From the NCBI RefSeq assembly GCF_001447785.1, contig NW_015166495.1:36113-100112 (forward strand): a DNA stretch of 64,000 bases, read 5' to 3'. The stretch is from Gekko japonicus. Its lineage: Eukaryota. The notes beneath the pieces were generated by a model that did not search any database, had not been told where the DNA came from, and worked only from the letters and a program-made list of their open reading frames with translations. Below, piece after piece: positions 25,960 to 39,692 of this stretch (within the stretch, counting starts at the first letter, position 1; each line of letters begins with the position of its first letter). The translations under genes and the position numbers were made by a program.

Positions 25960-26277
25960 GTCACGTTTAGTTTATTGTCTTAGCCATTGGCCATAACAAC
26001 ACAAAATAAATCAAAGCACAACCAACAGTATACATCAGTAACTTACAGTAAGTCCTACACCCGGTCTTATCTTTTTCGCCGCCAGTGCAAACAAAGCCAT
26101 TCTGCTAGTATCATGTGTACCAATATCAGAGAGCAAGAAAACGGTCAAATCCTGTTCTGAAATTCCATTATACAGTGGTACAATAGGACAAATAAACCTT
26201 TGCCTATGTGATTCGTGCCATGAACATCTCAGAATGTAATGCTCAACATCATCCACTTCACCCATACCACAGAGGCA
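25960..26277 (-). mobile_element. 5'-truncated LINE 3' end (CCHC-like C-terminus)
   Basis: CGMGEVDDVEHYILRC; 14-bp TSD TGAGAATCTTAGTA at 25946-25959 and 26278-26291. A sister copy lies at ~53935-54310. Confidence 0.8.
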
Positions 26278-27188
26278 TGAGAATCTTAGTATTATCTACA
26301 TGATGTTTTATCCCACAGACTTATTTATTCATCCTTTTGTTCAATGTTAAACTGAAGAATCAGGTGAAAATCTTTTTTTTGGTCATCAAACTGGTCCCAG
26401 AATGGAGAGGACATGTGTGCAAATACTGCTGATACGGCTTCTCACACTCAAACAACTGTTCCAATTCATTTAAAAAAAACAACGAAAGCTTTACTAGATA
26501 AATCTGATTTTATGCTTTGAAATTTGCATCTCTGGCAAAAGCATGCTGATATTAGAAAAGATACCAAATTATAGCTGAAAAGAGATCTGTAACTGGATAA
26601 AACTGAGTAATTCATTTCAAATACTTGTTACTTTCCATTTTGATTGTTTCACACTGGTGTAATAGTTTATTTGTAGAATATTGGTAAAAAAATTGCATGC
26701 ATTGTTTAAAAAGAGGAAGTACAAAATTAAGAGCTTGACCAAATAATTTTTTCAGTTTTATTTTCCTTCCCTGGTTTTGTGGCCTTATCTTTGGAATGTT
26801 TTTAAGGGAAGAAGAAGAGTTGGATTTATACCCCACCCTTCAGTCAGAGTCTCAAAGTGGTTTACAGTCTCCTTCCCTTCCCCTCCCCACAATAGACACC
26901 TTGTGAGGTAGGTGGGGCTGAGAGAGCTCTGAGAGAACAGCTCTTGAGAGAACAGCTCTGAGAGAACTGAGACTGACCCAAGGAGACCCAGTTAGCTGCA
27001 TGTGAAGGAGTGTGGAATCAAACCCGATTCTCCAGATTAGAGTCTGCTACTCTTAACCAGTACACCAAACTGGGTCTCTGAAGAATCTATATGAACTTCA
27101 TAAATGTAATATAGAAAGAGAAAATTATTTGATAGAACAAATTCAAGAAGCATAAGTGTTATCAAATGGAAGAAATATGGGAGTTTTA

Positions 27189-28636
27189 AGTTTGGTCTGT
27201 GTCTGGTTAATTGCTATTGCTTTCCTTTCAGGTTCATTGCTACTGCATTCCTTTCTGCGCTTTCTCTGCTTTGCGCTGAAACACTTATCTTTACAGATGT
27301 GCAGGAGGGTGTTGTAGTGTCTGGGATCTCCCTAGATACCGTGGGAGAGCGTTCGTTCTCAGCTTCAGCTACCTAACGGTCTCTAAGCTTTATCCCGCAT
27401 GCGGGAGGGTGCCTAATTGGCCAGTGCTGTGGGGGGTGGTGCATAAGAATACCCTGTCTGGTTAATTGCTATTGCTTTCCTTTCAGGTTCATTGCTACTG
27501 CATTCCTTTCTGCGCTTTCTCTGCTGTGCACCGAAACGCTTATCTTTACAGATGTGCAGGAGGGTGTTGTAGTGTCTGGGATCTCCCTAGGTACCGTGGG
27601 AGAGCGTTCGTTCTCAGCTTCAGCTACCTAACGGTCTCTAAGCCTTATCTTGCATGCGCGAGGGTGCCTAATTGGCCAGTGCTGTGGGGGGGTGTTGCAT
27701 ACGAATACCCTATATCCTATTATGCCCATGGAGCCGCCGCCATTCTTAACAGTGCTTATGTAACTGCATCTATAGCTCTGCAATAAATGTATTACCGTTC
27801 CTGAATGTGTGTACTTTGTTGTTGGCTGTGGGTTCTGACATACTGTTAAGAATCCTCCATTCTCTATCTCTGTGCATCTCTCCAAAACCAAGATGAGTGA
27901 CAGAGAGGAGAAACCAATTCCTGAAAAGGACGATGCCGGGGGGGTCCCGACGCCTACCACGGCCGGTGAGGGGACCCCCACGACCCAATACACTGTGCCG
28001 GTGACTACCATGCCACCGGTAACGGCAGCTGACGCGGGAACCGTTCCTAAGACAACATCGACCCTGGTGTTCCTGACCCCGACAGAGCCGAGGCAGCCGC
28101 CCGGCCATGGTTATAGGCCAAGCTCCAGCTGGAGCCAGTTTCACCTGGACTCTACTGACTGGGAGATTTCCCGGAATGGTCGGGAGAAGCTGATTTTTGA
28201 GAGGGCAGTATGTCAGCTATGCTGCCATGATAGTTGGGGAGTTTGGTCTGTGTCTGGTTAATTGCTATTGCTTTCCTTTCAGGTTCATTGCTACTGCATT
28301 CCTTTCTGCGCTTTCTCTGCTGTGCGCTGAAACGCTTATCTTTACAGATGTGCAGGAGGGTGTTGTAGTGTCTGGGATCTCCCTAGGTACCGTGGGAGAG
28401 TGTTCGTTCTCAGCTTCAGCTACCTAACGGTCTCTAAGCCTTATCCTGCGCACGCGAGGGTGCTTAATTGGCCAGTGCTGTGTGGGGGGGGTGGATACGA
28501 ATACCCTATATCCTATTATGCCCATGGGGCCACTGCCATTCTTAACAGTGCTTATGTAACTGCATCTATAGCTCTGCAATAAAAGTATTACTGTTCCTGA
28601 ATGCGTGTACTTCGTTGTTGGCTGTGGGTTCTGACA
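27189..28636 (+). mobile_element. Miniature internally deleted LTR element (TRIM-like)
   Basis: 3' LTR 28211-28636 (TGTCAG...CTGACA) preceded by purine tract GAGAGGGCAGTA. 5' LTR ends at 27840 and carries a ~265-bp tandem partial duplication from 27189. Only ~370 bp of internal sequence. Confidence 0.78.
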
Positions 28637-30100
28637 GCTATTGGTTATTCTGAGATCTGTGAACTCTGAGAAAATGATGAGTTTTCTTGGGCAACAGAAT
28701 GCTGAATTTGGTAGCAAGCCTTTAAAGCTATTCTGCAAGCTATTAACACATGAACAGAATAAAAGTATGTTTAAGATTCCTGTTAACAACAGAGATTTTA
28801 CTTATACAAAAGAAATATTTACTGAACTTTCCAAGTATTACAGCAAACTGTACGCTTCGGATAATCCTGTTATGTCAGATATTGGTCAATTTGTTTCCCT
28901 AGTTAACATGCCTAAATTAACTGCTGAAGACATAGATGTACTAGAGGATTCTTTTACCGTCTCTGAAGTAGTTGCATTAGTTAAGAGTCTTAAAACTAGT
29001 AAAGCAGCAGGACCTGATGGATTCATTCTAGAACTGTTGTAAACTTGTTATTGACTTATTAAATTATATTAATAGGTCTCAACAGATTCTTCTATCTTGG
29101 AAGGTGGCTAATATAACATTAGTACTGAAATCAGGTAAATGTTTTTTTTTTTTTTTTAAATGAACATAAGAACATGAGAAGCCTTGTTGGATCAGGCCAA
29201 AGGCCCAAAACCCAGGTGCCACCAGGAGGTTGACCAGTGGGGCCAGAACTCCAGAAGCCCTCCCACTGTTGCTCCTCCCCAAATGCTGAGAATATAGAGC
29301 ACCACTGCCCCAGACATAGTGTTCCATCTATACCTTGTAGTTAATAGCCATTGATGGACCACTGATGGACATCTATCATCCTATAGCTCTCTTCAATCAG
29401 GATTTGAAGATTTGGTCCATTTAAATCACTCAAAGAATTAACATAGTTATTTCTAAAATTATACATCAAGATCAGACTGGATTCATTAAGGATAGATTTA
29501 TAGTATAGTATTTAGAAAGATTATTTTGGGTTATGAATCATGTTAAAAAGCAAAACAACCCTGTTCATGTCTTTTTTTGATGCTGAAATGCATTCGATCA
29601 TGTAGAATGGGTTTTCATTAAAGTAATGTTATCTCAGTGCAATCTCCAGGGTTTATTTACTATTTGGATATAACTGAAGTATAGGAATCGAAGAGCAAGA
29701 ATTGTGATTAATTGTGAATTATCAGAAGAGATTAATCTTTATCCAGCAACAAGGCAGGGTTGTTCTTTATCCCCACCATTACCTGTTATTCTGATAGAAA
29801 CATTAGCAGTTGCGCTGAGGAATTCCCCTGAACTTAAGGGTGTGCAGTTAGGGAGAGGGTTAATTTAAAAAAAATCTTCTTGGATGGCAATTAATATGTC
29901 TCTAATGGGAAAAAAAGTTTTAGGGAAAAATTATGGTATACTTCTCAGCCTATTAGATATTTAGGTATTTGGGTACAGAAAGATATGTATACAGTAGCAG
30001 AATTTAATTATAAAATGTATTTAAAGTTCTGGAGGAAACTTTCTCTTTTTTGGTTAGGTAGAAGTATAAAAATGCCTGTACTACCCAGATTTTTTTATTC
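28637..30100 (+). mobile_element. Degenerate L1-type LINE ORF2 remnant
   Basis: YYSKLY...KAAGPDGF, DQTGFIKDR, AFDHVEW-like and TRQGCSLSP motifs with stops and frameshifts. Confidence 0.75.
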
Positions 30101-32275
30101 CAGTGGTACCTTTAAGACCAACAAAGTTTTTTTCTGGGTATAAACTTCTGTGTGCATGCACACTTCTTCAGATACATTGAAATGGAGTCACTAACACTAC
30201 ATATAGTTAGCAGGTGAAGAGAATGTTGCCAGAAAGTTCCAATTAGAACTAAGACTGGATTATGGCAATTGGCAAAACCAGTGAATAGCAACAAATATAA
30301 CTAAGATTGGATTAAGACAATTGATAACACCTGTGAATAGCAGCAGTTAATGCTACCCCATACTATGTTCCATGTTGGTCAAGGTAATTCTGTCTCAAGG
30401 ACAGGAGGGAGAGGAATACGTCAATGTTGACGTAAACAGACATAATGAATGGTCACTTGCATCACTTCAGATTTAACCAGTGGTGGGACAGCTCAAAGGA
30501 CCCAGTATGGATACATCTCACTATTTTAAGGTACTTCAAGGTGTGCACAGTTTGATGTAGTGGTTAAGTGTGTGGACTCTAATCTGGGAGAACTGGGTTT
30601 GATTCCCCACTTCTCCACCTGCAGCTGCTGGATGACCTTGGGCAAGCCATAGTTCTGATAAGAGCTGTCCTTGAAAGTGCAGTTTCTGTCAGAGTTCTCT
30701 CAGCCCCATCTACCTCACAGGGTGTCTGTTGTGGGGAGGGAAAGGGAAAGGAGTTTGTCAGGCACTCTGAGACTCTGAATAAAGGTCGGGGTATAAATCC
30801 AATCTCCTCCTCCTTTTCCTCCTCCTCCTTCTGTGTCTCTTTCTATCTGGTATTTTATTTCTAAATACTTTAATATTGAATTAGAAAGAAACCACTGACC
30901 TCCTCTATTGTTAAGGCTTGCACAGAATCATCCTGTTGTCCTTTTATGATGGCATGTCATCACCATCCAATCCCCACATCCATTTGAAGTGAAGTGCCAG
31001 GTCAAAGAAGATTTCATGCCATGTAAGCACCAACTTGTGTGAATAGCTGTAAAGAAAAAAATATCAAGTCTCCTCCCTTGTAAAACCACAACTAGCCCAA
31101 CATTCTAAGACAGCAAAGCTGATACGCTGTTAGGACAAAAGGGCATCCTCTGACAGGAACTCCAGCTATTCCAAACACAGGGAAAGAGCATTATTTTAAA
31201 CAGGGATATCAAAAAAAAAAACAGCAGAACAGCTATATTTGAGCCCAGTAGCACCTTCAAGACGAACAAGATTTTATGGATATAAGCTTTTGAGACCCAA
31301 AACTCCCTTTATCAGATACCTGACCTCATCTGTTATCTGATGCAGAGAACTTTAACTCTAGAAAGCTCATCTGAAAATCTCTAAGGTGCTTGTGTTCGTA
31401 TGTGAGTTAAGTACCATCAAGCCATTTCTGATTTATGGCGGCCCTATGAATTAATGTCATCCAAAACATTCTTGCTCACTCAGGTCTTGCAAATGGAGCG
31501 CCCTGGCTTCCTTTCCTGAGTCAATCCACCTCATGTTAGGTTCTCCTCTGACAGGACTCAAATTTCGCTGTTCTACTGTAGACCAACACGGCCATCCTCT
31601 GAAACTATCCAGAAGATATTAACTATGATAGGTAACTAGAACGTCCATATTCTGAAGCTCTGGATACCAGCCCAGAGCAGAAACAACCTCATGTAACATC
31701 TTAAATTTCTCTCTGAAGTTGCCCCAATATGTGCCGAGTGTTATCTTGGCTCTCTCTCCTGAAAAGAGAGTTTTTGCGAGGCAGAGTTATAATGGCCATT
31801 TGCAGATTTGGGTTTTCTGCAGAATGTAACTGTTTTTTAGCCTCTTCCTCATAAGAAGCTGGGTGTTCCCAGAAGGACTTATCTTCAACTATAATGGAAA
31901 GAAAGAAAAGATTGACTCTGCCAAAAAAGCAAAAATGTTCCTGGACCAGCAACAATCAACCTCTAAAGTCAAAGAGAAAGCAGAAGACAATGCACAAGCA
32001 GAAGAAAAGTCATGACTCAGAAGCCAATGAAAGTATTTTTTGGCAGTTCTACAGAAGAGTCTGATTCTGAAAAAGGAGTATTGGCTCCTCAAACTCTTAA
32101 AGTCCAACTGAGATTTGATAAAGCTAAGCACAGGAAATAATGATTGCAATAAATCTGAAACTCTATTTGTGTTTTAAGATACTATGATGTACCCAATAAG
32201 GCTAAATGGGCTTGACTTAGCTTTAGTGATATAAGATAGTATTATTCTATTATATGCTTTATTCTAACATTGGTA

Positions 32276-32627
32276 AAGGTAAAGGTAAAGGTTCCCCTGC
32301 TCGAAAGCCAGTCGAGTCCGACTCTAGGGTTGCGGTGCTCAACTCCATTTCAAAGCCGAAGAGCCAGCGCTGTCCGAAGATGTTTCCATGGTCATGTGGC
32401 CGGCATGACTAAACACCAAGGTGCACAGAATGCTGTTACCTTCCCACCGAAGTGGTACCTATTCATCTACTTGCAATTTCTTGCTTTCGAACTGCTAGGT
32501 TGGCAGGAGCTTGAACTAGAGACGGGAGCTCACTCTGTCATGCGGCACCCGGGTCTCGAACTGCTGAACTACCAACCTTCCACAGCCTGCAGTTCAGCGT
32601 CTTAACCACTTGAGCCACCACAGCTCC
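32276..32627 (-). mobile_element. Sauria SINE, full length
   Basis: (ACCTTT)n tail and tRNA-like head; 13-bp TSD TCTAACATTGGTA at 32263-32275 and 32628-32640. Confidence 0.88.
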
Positions 32628-32974
32628 TCTAACATTGGTAGGAAGGACTAATAGGTAACTTACATGTAACATGATCCTTGCTATATCTCTGTTTTATTAG
32701 TATTAGTATCCCTTACGTCCCTTCCCTATGTAGTTTGTAGTAAAAAGAAGAAGAAGAAGCTGGGTGTTACCAGATACCAGCATCAGCTCTGCATCTAAGT
32801 ACTATGTGGACCACAATGGGACCTTCGAATCATGTACTAGCAATTTCTTTTCCTATTTTTATTTTGTTTTATTTTATTTCCATAGCATCCAGCCTGAAAG
32901 CTTTCACAGTTTTAAAATGTATACCATCAGTCTGCATCTTCAAGTCCTCTCTCCCATCATCCTTCTATAAGAAC

Positions 32975-33229
32975 TACAGATGGGCACGAACTGCATTGTT
33001 GCAATTTGTTTCAGTTCGTGGTTCACGGCCAAACCATGAACTGAACGAGAAATGGATTCAAACCGGGAGGCTGGTTTGTGAACCGAACTGGTTCATAGGG
33101 TGGTTTGGCCATGAATCATGAACTGAAATGAACTGCAAACTGGTTCATGAACCATGAATGAGCCAAAACCATGACCTAGTCAAACGTCATCACAGACTTA
33201 CAATGTGAGCTGGTTTGTGCCCATCCCTC
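32975..33229. mobile_element. hAT-type MITE
   Basis: GATGGGCAC/GTGCCCATC TIRs; 8-bp TSD ATAAGAAC at 32967-32974 and 33230-33237. Confidence 0.78.
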
Positions 33230-34894
33230 ATAAGAACTTCTAATAAACTTTTAAGAATAATAACTACGTGTTTTGTGTCAAATACAGTCTCTTTGGAAAA
33301 TGTTAACTAGACTTGTGGGTTATGAGGTTTAATCCTTGTACCCCACAAGTTTAGTTACCAAATTTTGAAAACCAGTTAATATGAAAAGAGAATATGTGAG
33401 TTTCACAAAATATGTCATGTATTTGATGCTAGATTAACATCCTTGCTAGGAATTCAGTGGCAGCCCAAGATCTGGGAATCAGGTTCTTTACCAAATACAT
33501 TAAGCCTAAGAATTGCTTATTCCTCCCCAATTCCACAACATTACGGACATAAGAACGTGAAGCTGTATGAGAGTCTATCAAGTTCAGTATTGCCTACTCT
33601 GGGATATTAGGTAAAAGAGTTTCACATCACCACATACCAGATCATTTTAACTGGAAACGCTACAGAGTAAGCATGGAACCATCAGCAAAGAAGATGCTCC
33701 CTCACTGACTTAGGGTCCATTTCAAAGGGGATGACATTGAGCTATGGCTCACTCCCAAGTGGAACATAGGAAAAGCCCTGCAAGGGTCCATTGCCCAGCA
33801 TCCTGTTCTCTCCTGTTGCCAATATAATGTCAAACAAAGCCCACAGACAAACTAAGGCTGCCCCTTCCTCTTAACCACCCCTAAGAAATCACAAGAGTCC
33901 CCATACCAACCACTTTTTAGATGCTTAATGAAGACCAGGCTTCCTTGATCCAGATTTTTGCTCAACCTTGTCCAAAAACCTTACCTGCAACCCCCCCAAA
34001 TGAAAAACACCCCCCCAATCTTCCAATTGTTGAAGTATGAATTCCAGGTTATCCCTCTAATAAGAATTCAAAGAATAAGCATCTTAAAGTGAGCTTTGGA
34101 TTCATTATAGTTCCACATATAACTTCATAGATTTGTGCACATTAATTCTTGACGGCATATGGCCTGACGTTTTTGGGAACCATTGCCAGACGTGACGTAA
34201 ATACCTTTTGGGAAATCCACCTAATATGATTGTGAACTAATTCAGAACCTATGAAATGTATTCTGCAAGTATCGTGTGAAATGGACAGTTATTTTCTGAA
34301 ATTTAAAAATACCTTTTGTCTCAATAGTTCTTACGTAATCTTCATCTTCTATCTTGTTGATGCCAAGGGTTTCCAGCAAAATCCAGCATGGTTTCACCAA
34401 AGCAGTTATATTCTATCCATGACCATGTTAAAAAGCTATGATTCCATTCTGAAGATCACACTTGTCTTTGGGAGCCCACAGGACGACATCCCATGGAGAC
34501 AAAGAGCAAAGAAGAGGAGAGCAGAAACTCAAATCAGAAACTTGAGGTTGCATCACTTCAGATTTAACCAGTTAATGGGGACATTTCTCTAGACGCCTTA
34601 AAAATCCAAAAGGTGGTGAATGAATTCACTCCAGTCCCTGAGCTCTGGTATGAACCCCCCTCCCAGGTTGTCATTACTTTAGTCTTTGTTTCCCTCCTGG
34701 AATGAGAATTCCCAATGCAATTTCAGCTCAAGAGAAATTCTAAACTTGGAGATTCATCCGCAAACAAAACATACAAGGAACTTCAGTTAAAAACATAATG
34801 AACTGGATCCACAGCTGGGACTTCTGTCTGTGGGGTGTGAGTTTCTTGACTCCTGCTTTCTGTGGAGGCTCCAAATGCCCCCTTGAACACTGTT

Positions 34895-35690
34895 TGCCCC
34901 CCAAGCCAGAAATAATGAGGCAGACACAAGTGTTGGGTTTAACTATAGGGCCACTTTATTAACTGACACTTTAGCTGGAACCAAAGGCAAGGGCAAAACA
35001 GATTGCGTTATGGTCAAGGCCAGAGGTCAAGGACCCCTCCCTTACCTCGTCAATAGGGCGAGCCACCCTGCCCCGGGTGGGAGCCCACTACCGGGGCTCC
35101 GCCCCGGCCGGCTAGCCATTGCAGGACAACCCTGTAGCCCCATCCCCCAAGCCGCAAGGTTCAAAGAGAGGACCTAAACAGGGCCGTCCCGAAGGCAGTC
35201 CGTTTTCCCCGCCCCATGCCGCAAGGCACAAAGACTGTACTCACAGGACCCCTTAAAACCCAAATATGGGTGTCAGCTGGTGCTCACCGGACCGCAATCT
35301 GTATACCGCATAGCAACCTGCCTAAATGGAAGTGACCAACCTGCTAACACAGCTCACCCCCATAAACACCTGCATCACTGCCGCAGTGCAGGATAGGCGA
35401 AAACACCCCCTCCAAGTGCCAAACAGGAAGGGGTGAAAAATTCCTACCCGGCCCCAAAAACTGGCAACCAGCAAACGCCTGCACTACTAACAGGGCGGGA
35501 GGGTGGGCCGCCGAACAGCGCGGGACTGCTGAGGAGGAGAGGCGGGGCCAGGCTTTAAGCCCATCACTGTCCCGCCCCCTCCCAAGTCCCGTATGTGGCG
35601 CTTTTGGCGTCAAAGTTCCTTGCCTCTTCCGGCTGGGAGGCAAAGGCACTTTCCCAGCCCAACGGCCGGAATGGCCATGGGCTGTTAAAT
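34895..35690. mobile_element. ~800-bp GC-rich insertion (solo-LTR- or DIRS-terminus-like), unclassified
   Basis: Interrupts a block that is contiguous in paralogues (7120-7160 and 19095-19140); AATAAA on the minus strand near the left end. Confidence 0.45.
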
Positions 35691-38600
35691 TGTGTTCTTG
35701 TGGATAGTGGACCTCCAAGAACAGCAGAGGAGGCATTGGAGGTCTGCAGCTGGAAAGGGAATCAAAATGCCCCTTCTATCAGCAGAAATCTTCACTGGAT
35801 CCATCCTTTGATAAGTCTATCAAAATATTGGAGGGATGAGATTTACACATCCCCTGTTTCATTTCTCTTCTTGAAATAATTAACCAGCAACATACTGGTC
35901 TGTGGTTTTAGTAGGTTCTAGTTCACATTTATTAAATCTTTCATATATAGTATTTCTGGTAGGTTCAAAATGCTTTTGCATGGCTTCTAATGCTTTAGAG
36001 AGATTTCCCCTGTGTGCTGGTGGTGGATGTTGACGCTGCTGGAGTAGGTAATTTCCCCTTGCCATTACAAACAATAAAGTTGGAGTTGTGACTCTTTTGT
36101 CCTTCCATCTAATCCTGTAGCAATGTCATAATTCTTTCACTGTGCCTTGAAAAACATCCAGTTCCTGATAACATCACCTGATATGCAGTGAACACATGAC
36201 ATATCTATTGAGATATACGTCAGAGTAATTGAGGTAGCAAGCAGTTACTGTAGATAAGTTTGATCTGTTTGTCAGACCTAGCTGTCATGCTAGTAATCAT
36301 GTAATTACAGCCAGGTGTTTTCTAGCAGGTGTTGCTCTTTCAGGTCTTGTTAGAGTTAGTGATTGCATCACCTTGTTAGAGATTGGCTGGGGTTTAGCAT
36401 AATAGCTATCAGCTTAGTAAGCTGGTGGGGACTCAGTTCTCATAGACGAAGGCACGACATGCTGTTCAATAGCCTGTAAATATCTCTGCATATATTCACC
36501 TTTATAACTATATAAACTCTCTGTGCACCTTCATAACTGGTCAGTGTCCCACTTCTTATTTACAACACCCAATAATATCTCCCCCCCCCCAACAGGGAAA
36601 ACAATGTCAAGAGCTTGCCATTTTTATTTTTATTTAAAAAAACTCCTCTTTCTAGAATGCCCATGTTCTGACATATAAAGTTCTTATTTAATGGCTGAAA
36701 AAGAGACGAACACTACTTCTGAAGTCTGATCAGGAAGAACTTTGACCTGGCAATTTGATGGACAATAAACTGGACCTCACTTGTTGCATAAGGTATTCAA
36801 TGCGATTTAATACACAGAAATGTTTTAACATCAGTACAGTTTCACTGAAAGATTAATCTTATTCCCAGTATGACCACTGAATCCGTTTACATTTCTTTCT
36901 CAGTCTAAAAGAGTTGCTTTCATTGTTGAAAACCACACCAAGAAATGTAGCCTCTTGAACACCATGCAATTAAACCAATAAATCCATGTTCTGCTCAGTT
37001 GTTCGGTAAAATAGAAGCACCGCAGTATCACAAAATTAAGTGTCAGCCAAAGTGTGCCTTGTAAAGCACTATATATATATATATATATATANNNNNNNNN
37101 NNNNNNNNNNNNNNNNNNNNATATATATATATATATATAAAGAGCATTGCTTTGGATGCTGAAATGGACAGATTTGGTATCCATATGTGGAGATTTGATA
37201 GCGACATATGCCCTCACAGAGATAGTAACAAATGATAATGACAAGTGCCACTTCAAAATGGCTGCTTCAGGAGGCACATGTACTGACACAAGAGAAGGCT
37301 CTGGCCCCGGCCTGGTGGAATTCCTTACTGGGTGAGATCAGGGCCCTGTGTGCAGGGCCTGCAAGACGGAGTTGTTCTGCCGGGCCTTTGGGTGAGGCAG
37401 TGGGTGTCCAGTTATATTGGCCTCCCCTGCTCCACCCATCCCTCTCATTCCATCTTAATGGTGTTTAGCACCCATCCCCCAACCAACCGTTCCATCTGGG
37501 CATACACGTGGCGTCCTCTGCAAGCTTCCTTAATACTTCTGCCATCTTGTGGTTATGCCATCGGGTTTCTTTTTTAATTGGATTATTGTTTGACTGTTTT
37601 AGAAATGTTTTGTTCCATTTGAATTTTGTTGTGAACCACCCTGAGCCCGCTTGCAAGGGAGGACGCATTATAAATATAATTAAAAAAAATAAAACAAATA
37701 AATAATGGGGAATATAAGCATACACACACCCCGAACAAGCATAAGTGGGGAAAACATATACACAGAAGGACACAAACAATTGGGGGAAAGGGAAGACAAA
37801 ATATTCACAGAGAGAGAAGGCATCCTAGAGAGGAAAGGGGTGCTTCAGCTGATCTGGTGCTCCCTAACCTCCACCTCCTCACAGTTGATACAGGGCTCCC
37901 AGATCCTCCCCGAGTGAGCACTGGGGCAGATCCAAGTGAAAAATCCTTTTATTTGTATGAAGGCCCCCAGTCACTGGTTCTTCTTTCACAATGGTGAACA
38001 CTGGTTCTTCTTTCACCATGTAGAACAGTGCCTCCCAATCCCACCCAGATAGACAGTCTGGAAGGATACTATGATCAATGGTACTGAAAGCCGCTGAGAT
38101 GTCCAGGATAATTGACAGAGTCACTCTCCCTTTGTCCATCTCCTGGCACAAGTCATCCCTCAGGATGACCAAGGGCTGTTTCAGTCCCATAACCAGGCCT
38201 AAACCCAGATTGGAAGGCATTTAAACAATTTGCCCCATTCAGGAAATCCTGGAGTTGTCCAGCCACTACCCTTTCCATCACCTGACTGGAAAATGGAACA
38301 TTTGAGACTGGTTGATAATGAATAAGATCTCCTGGGTCCAGTGTAGGCTTCTTTAGCAGTGGACACATCCTCTTTCAAGGTTCCAGTGACCAACCTGTCT
38401 CTTAAGAGAGCATTAACTAGCTCTTCAGCCCAGTCAGCCATCCCCTTAGCAGATCTAAGTCACCTGGAAGGGTGATATAAGCAGGGGATAGCTGCAGACT
38501 TCCAGAGATCCTTCACATCCTCAGACCAAGTAAACTGAAGAGTATCGAAAACAAATGGTTGGCACCCCTCTCATAACCTCTTTTTTGTCTTTTATATTAC

Positions 38601-38746
38601 ATGCGCAATCGTTACAGTTTTGAATTAGTGTGAATGACAACATTAGCACGAACCATAGCACTGAGTATAAAAGAACTTGCATACAGACCCACCGAGACAC
38701 AAATATATATCTGCTTGTCAACACAAATTTTGACGTCAGAAGCAGT

Positions 38747-39692
38747 TCATTCCTCTACTTTCCTCCCCATCAGCCTCTGTAAGGCTCCCTTCACATCCCT
38801 GTTTCTCAGGCTGTAGATCAGTGGGTTGAGCATTGGGGTCACGACCCCATAAACGATAGCTGTGACTTTTTCCCTATCTGTGAAAGTTTGGGTTTGAGGC
38901 TTGAGGTTTGGGTTTGAGGCTTGAGGCTTGAGGTACATGGCCAAGGCCTACCACAGCCAAATGTGAGCCACAGGTGGATAAAGCTTTCCCCCGTCCTTGG
39001 GCAGAGCGGATGCGCAGAATAGCCAGACCAATACGCCCGTATGCCACAAGGATGAAAACAAAGGGCAACAGAAGAGTGAAAACACTCGTTATCAGCATAT
39101 TAAGGCCAGTGGCTCGAATGTCAGAGCAGGCCAATTTCAACATTGCCTGGGCCTCACATGCAAAATGATTCAACATATTGCGGTCACACAAGCGGACTGG
39201 CATAATAAAAAAGGGAGCAATGGTAAAGAGGAAAGAGCTGACCCAAAGGCTGACCACCAGGATTATGCACACCTTCCAATTCACAATTAAGCTATAGTGT
39301 AGAGGGCTGCATATTGCCACAAAGCGGTCATAAGCCATGACAGCCAGTACGAGGCAGTCAGCCACTCCCAAAAATAGAGTGATGAACATTTGTGCAAAAC
39401 ACCTGCCCAGGGGGATAGTGGGCCTGTCTGTGAAGCAATGCGCCAGCGTCTGTGGGACAGCGTTGGTGCCATAGCAGATGTCAATGAAGGAGAGGTTGCT
39501 GAGGAAGAAATACATGGGAGTATGGAGATGAGAATCTACCACGATCAACACCACAATGAGACCATTTGCAGTTACGGTGACGGCATATATGACTAAGAAG
39601 AGGACGAACAAGGCAGCACGCACATGGGGCTGTGTGGAGAGGCCCATGAGCACAATCTCAGTCACTGTGGTCGCATTCTCCCAATCTTCCAT
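38747..39692 (-). pseudogene. Olfactory receptor pseudogene, frameshifted in TM6 (OR-D)
   Basis: OR reading frame up to GSHLAVVG, then a 17-bp deletion relative to OR-C (agtgccatagaagatgc missing at ~38949), plus a 27-bp local duplication at 38886-38932. The C-terminus ([12 protein letters not shown]) is in another frame. Confidence 0.9.

Larger units (their letters stand above)
30460..36180 (-). mobile_element. Ancient Gypsy relic, copy upstream of OR-C
   Basis: Same block order. ORF 35880-36074 reads KALEAMQKHFEPTRNTIYERFNKCELEPTKTTDQYVA, a Gypsy gag signature (HFxPxxNxxYERxxFxxxxQ..ETxDQYV). Confidence 0.7.

Noticed and set aside
36179-36567. Possible solo LTR (TG...CA)
   Set aside because: No convincing TSD or second copy in the window.
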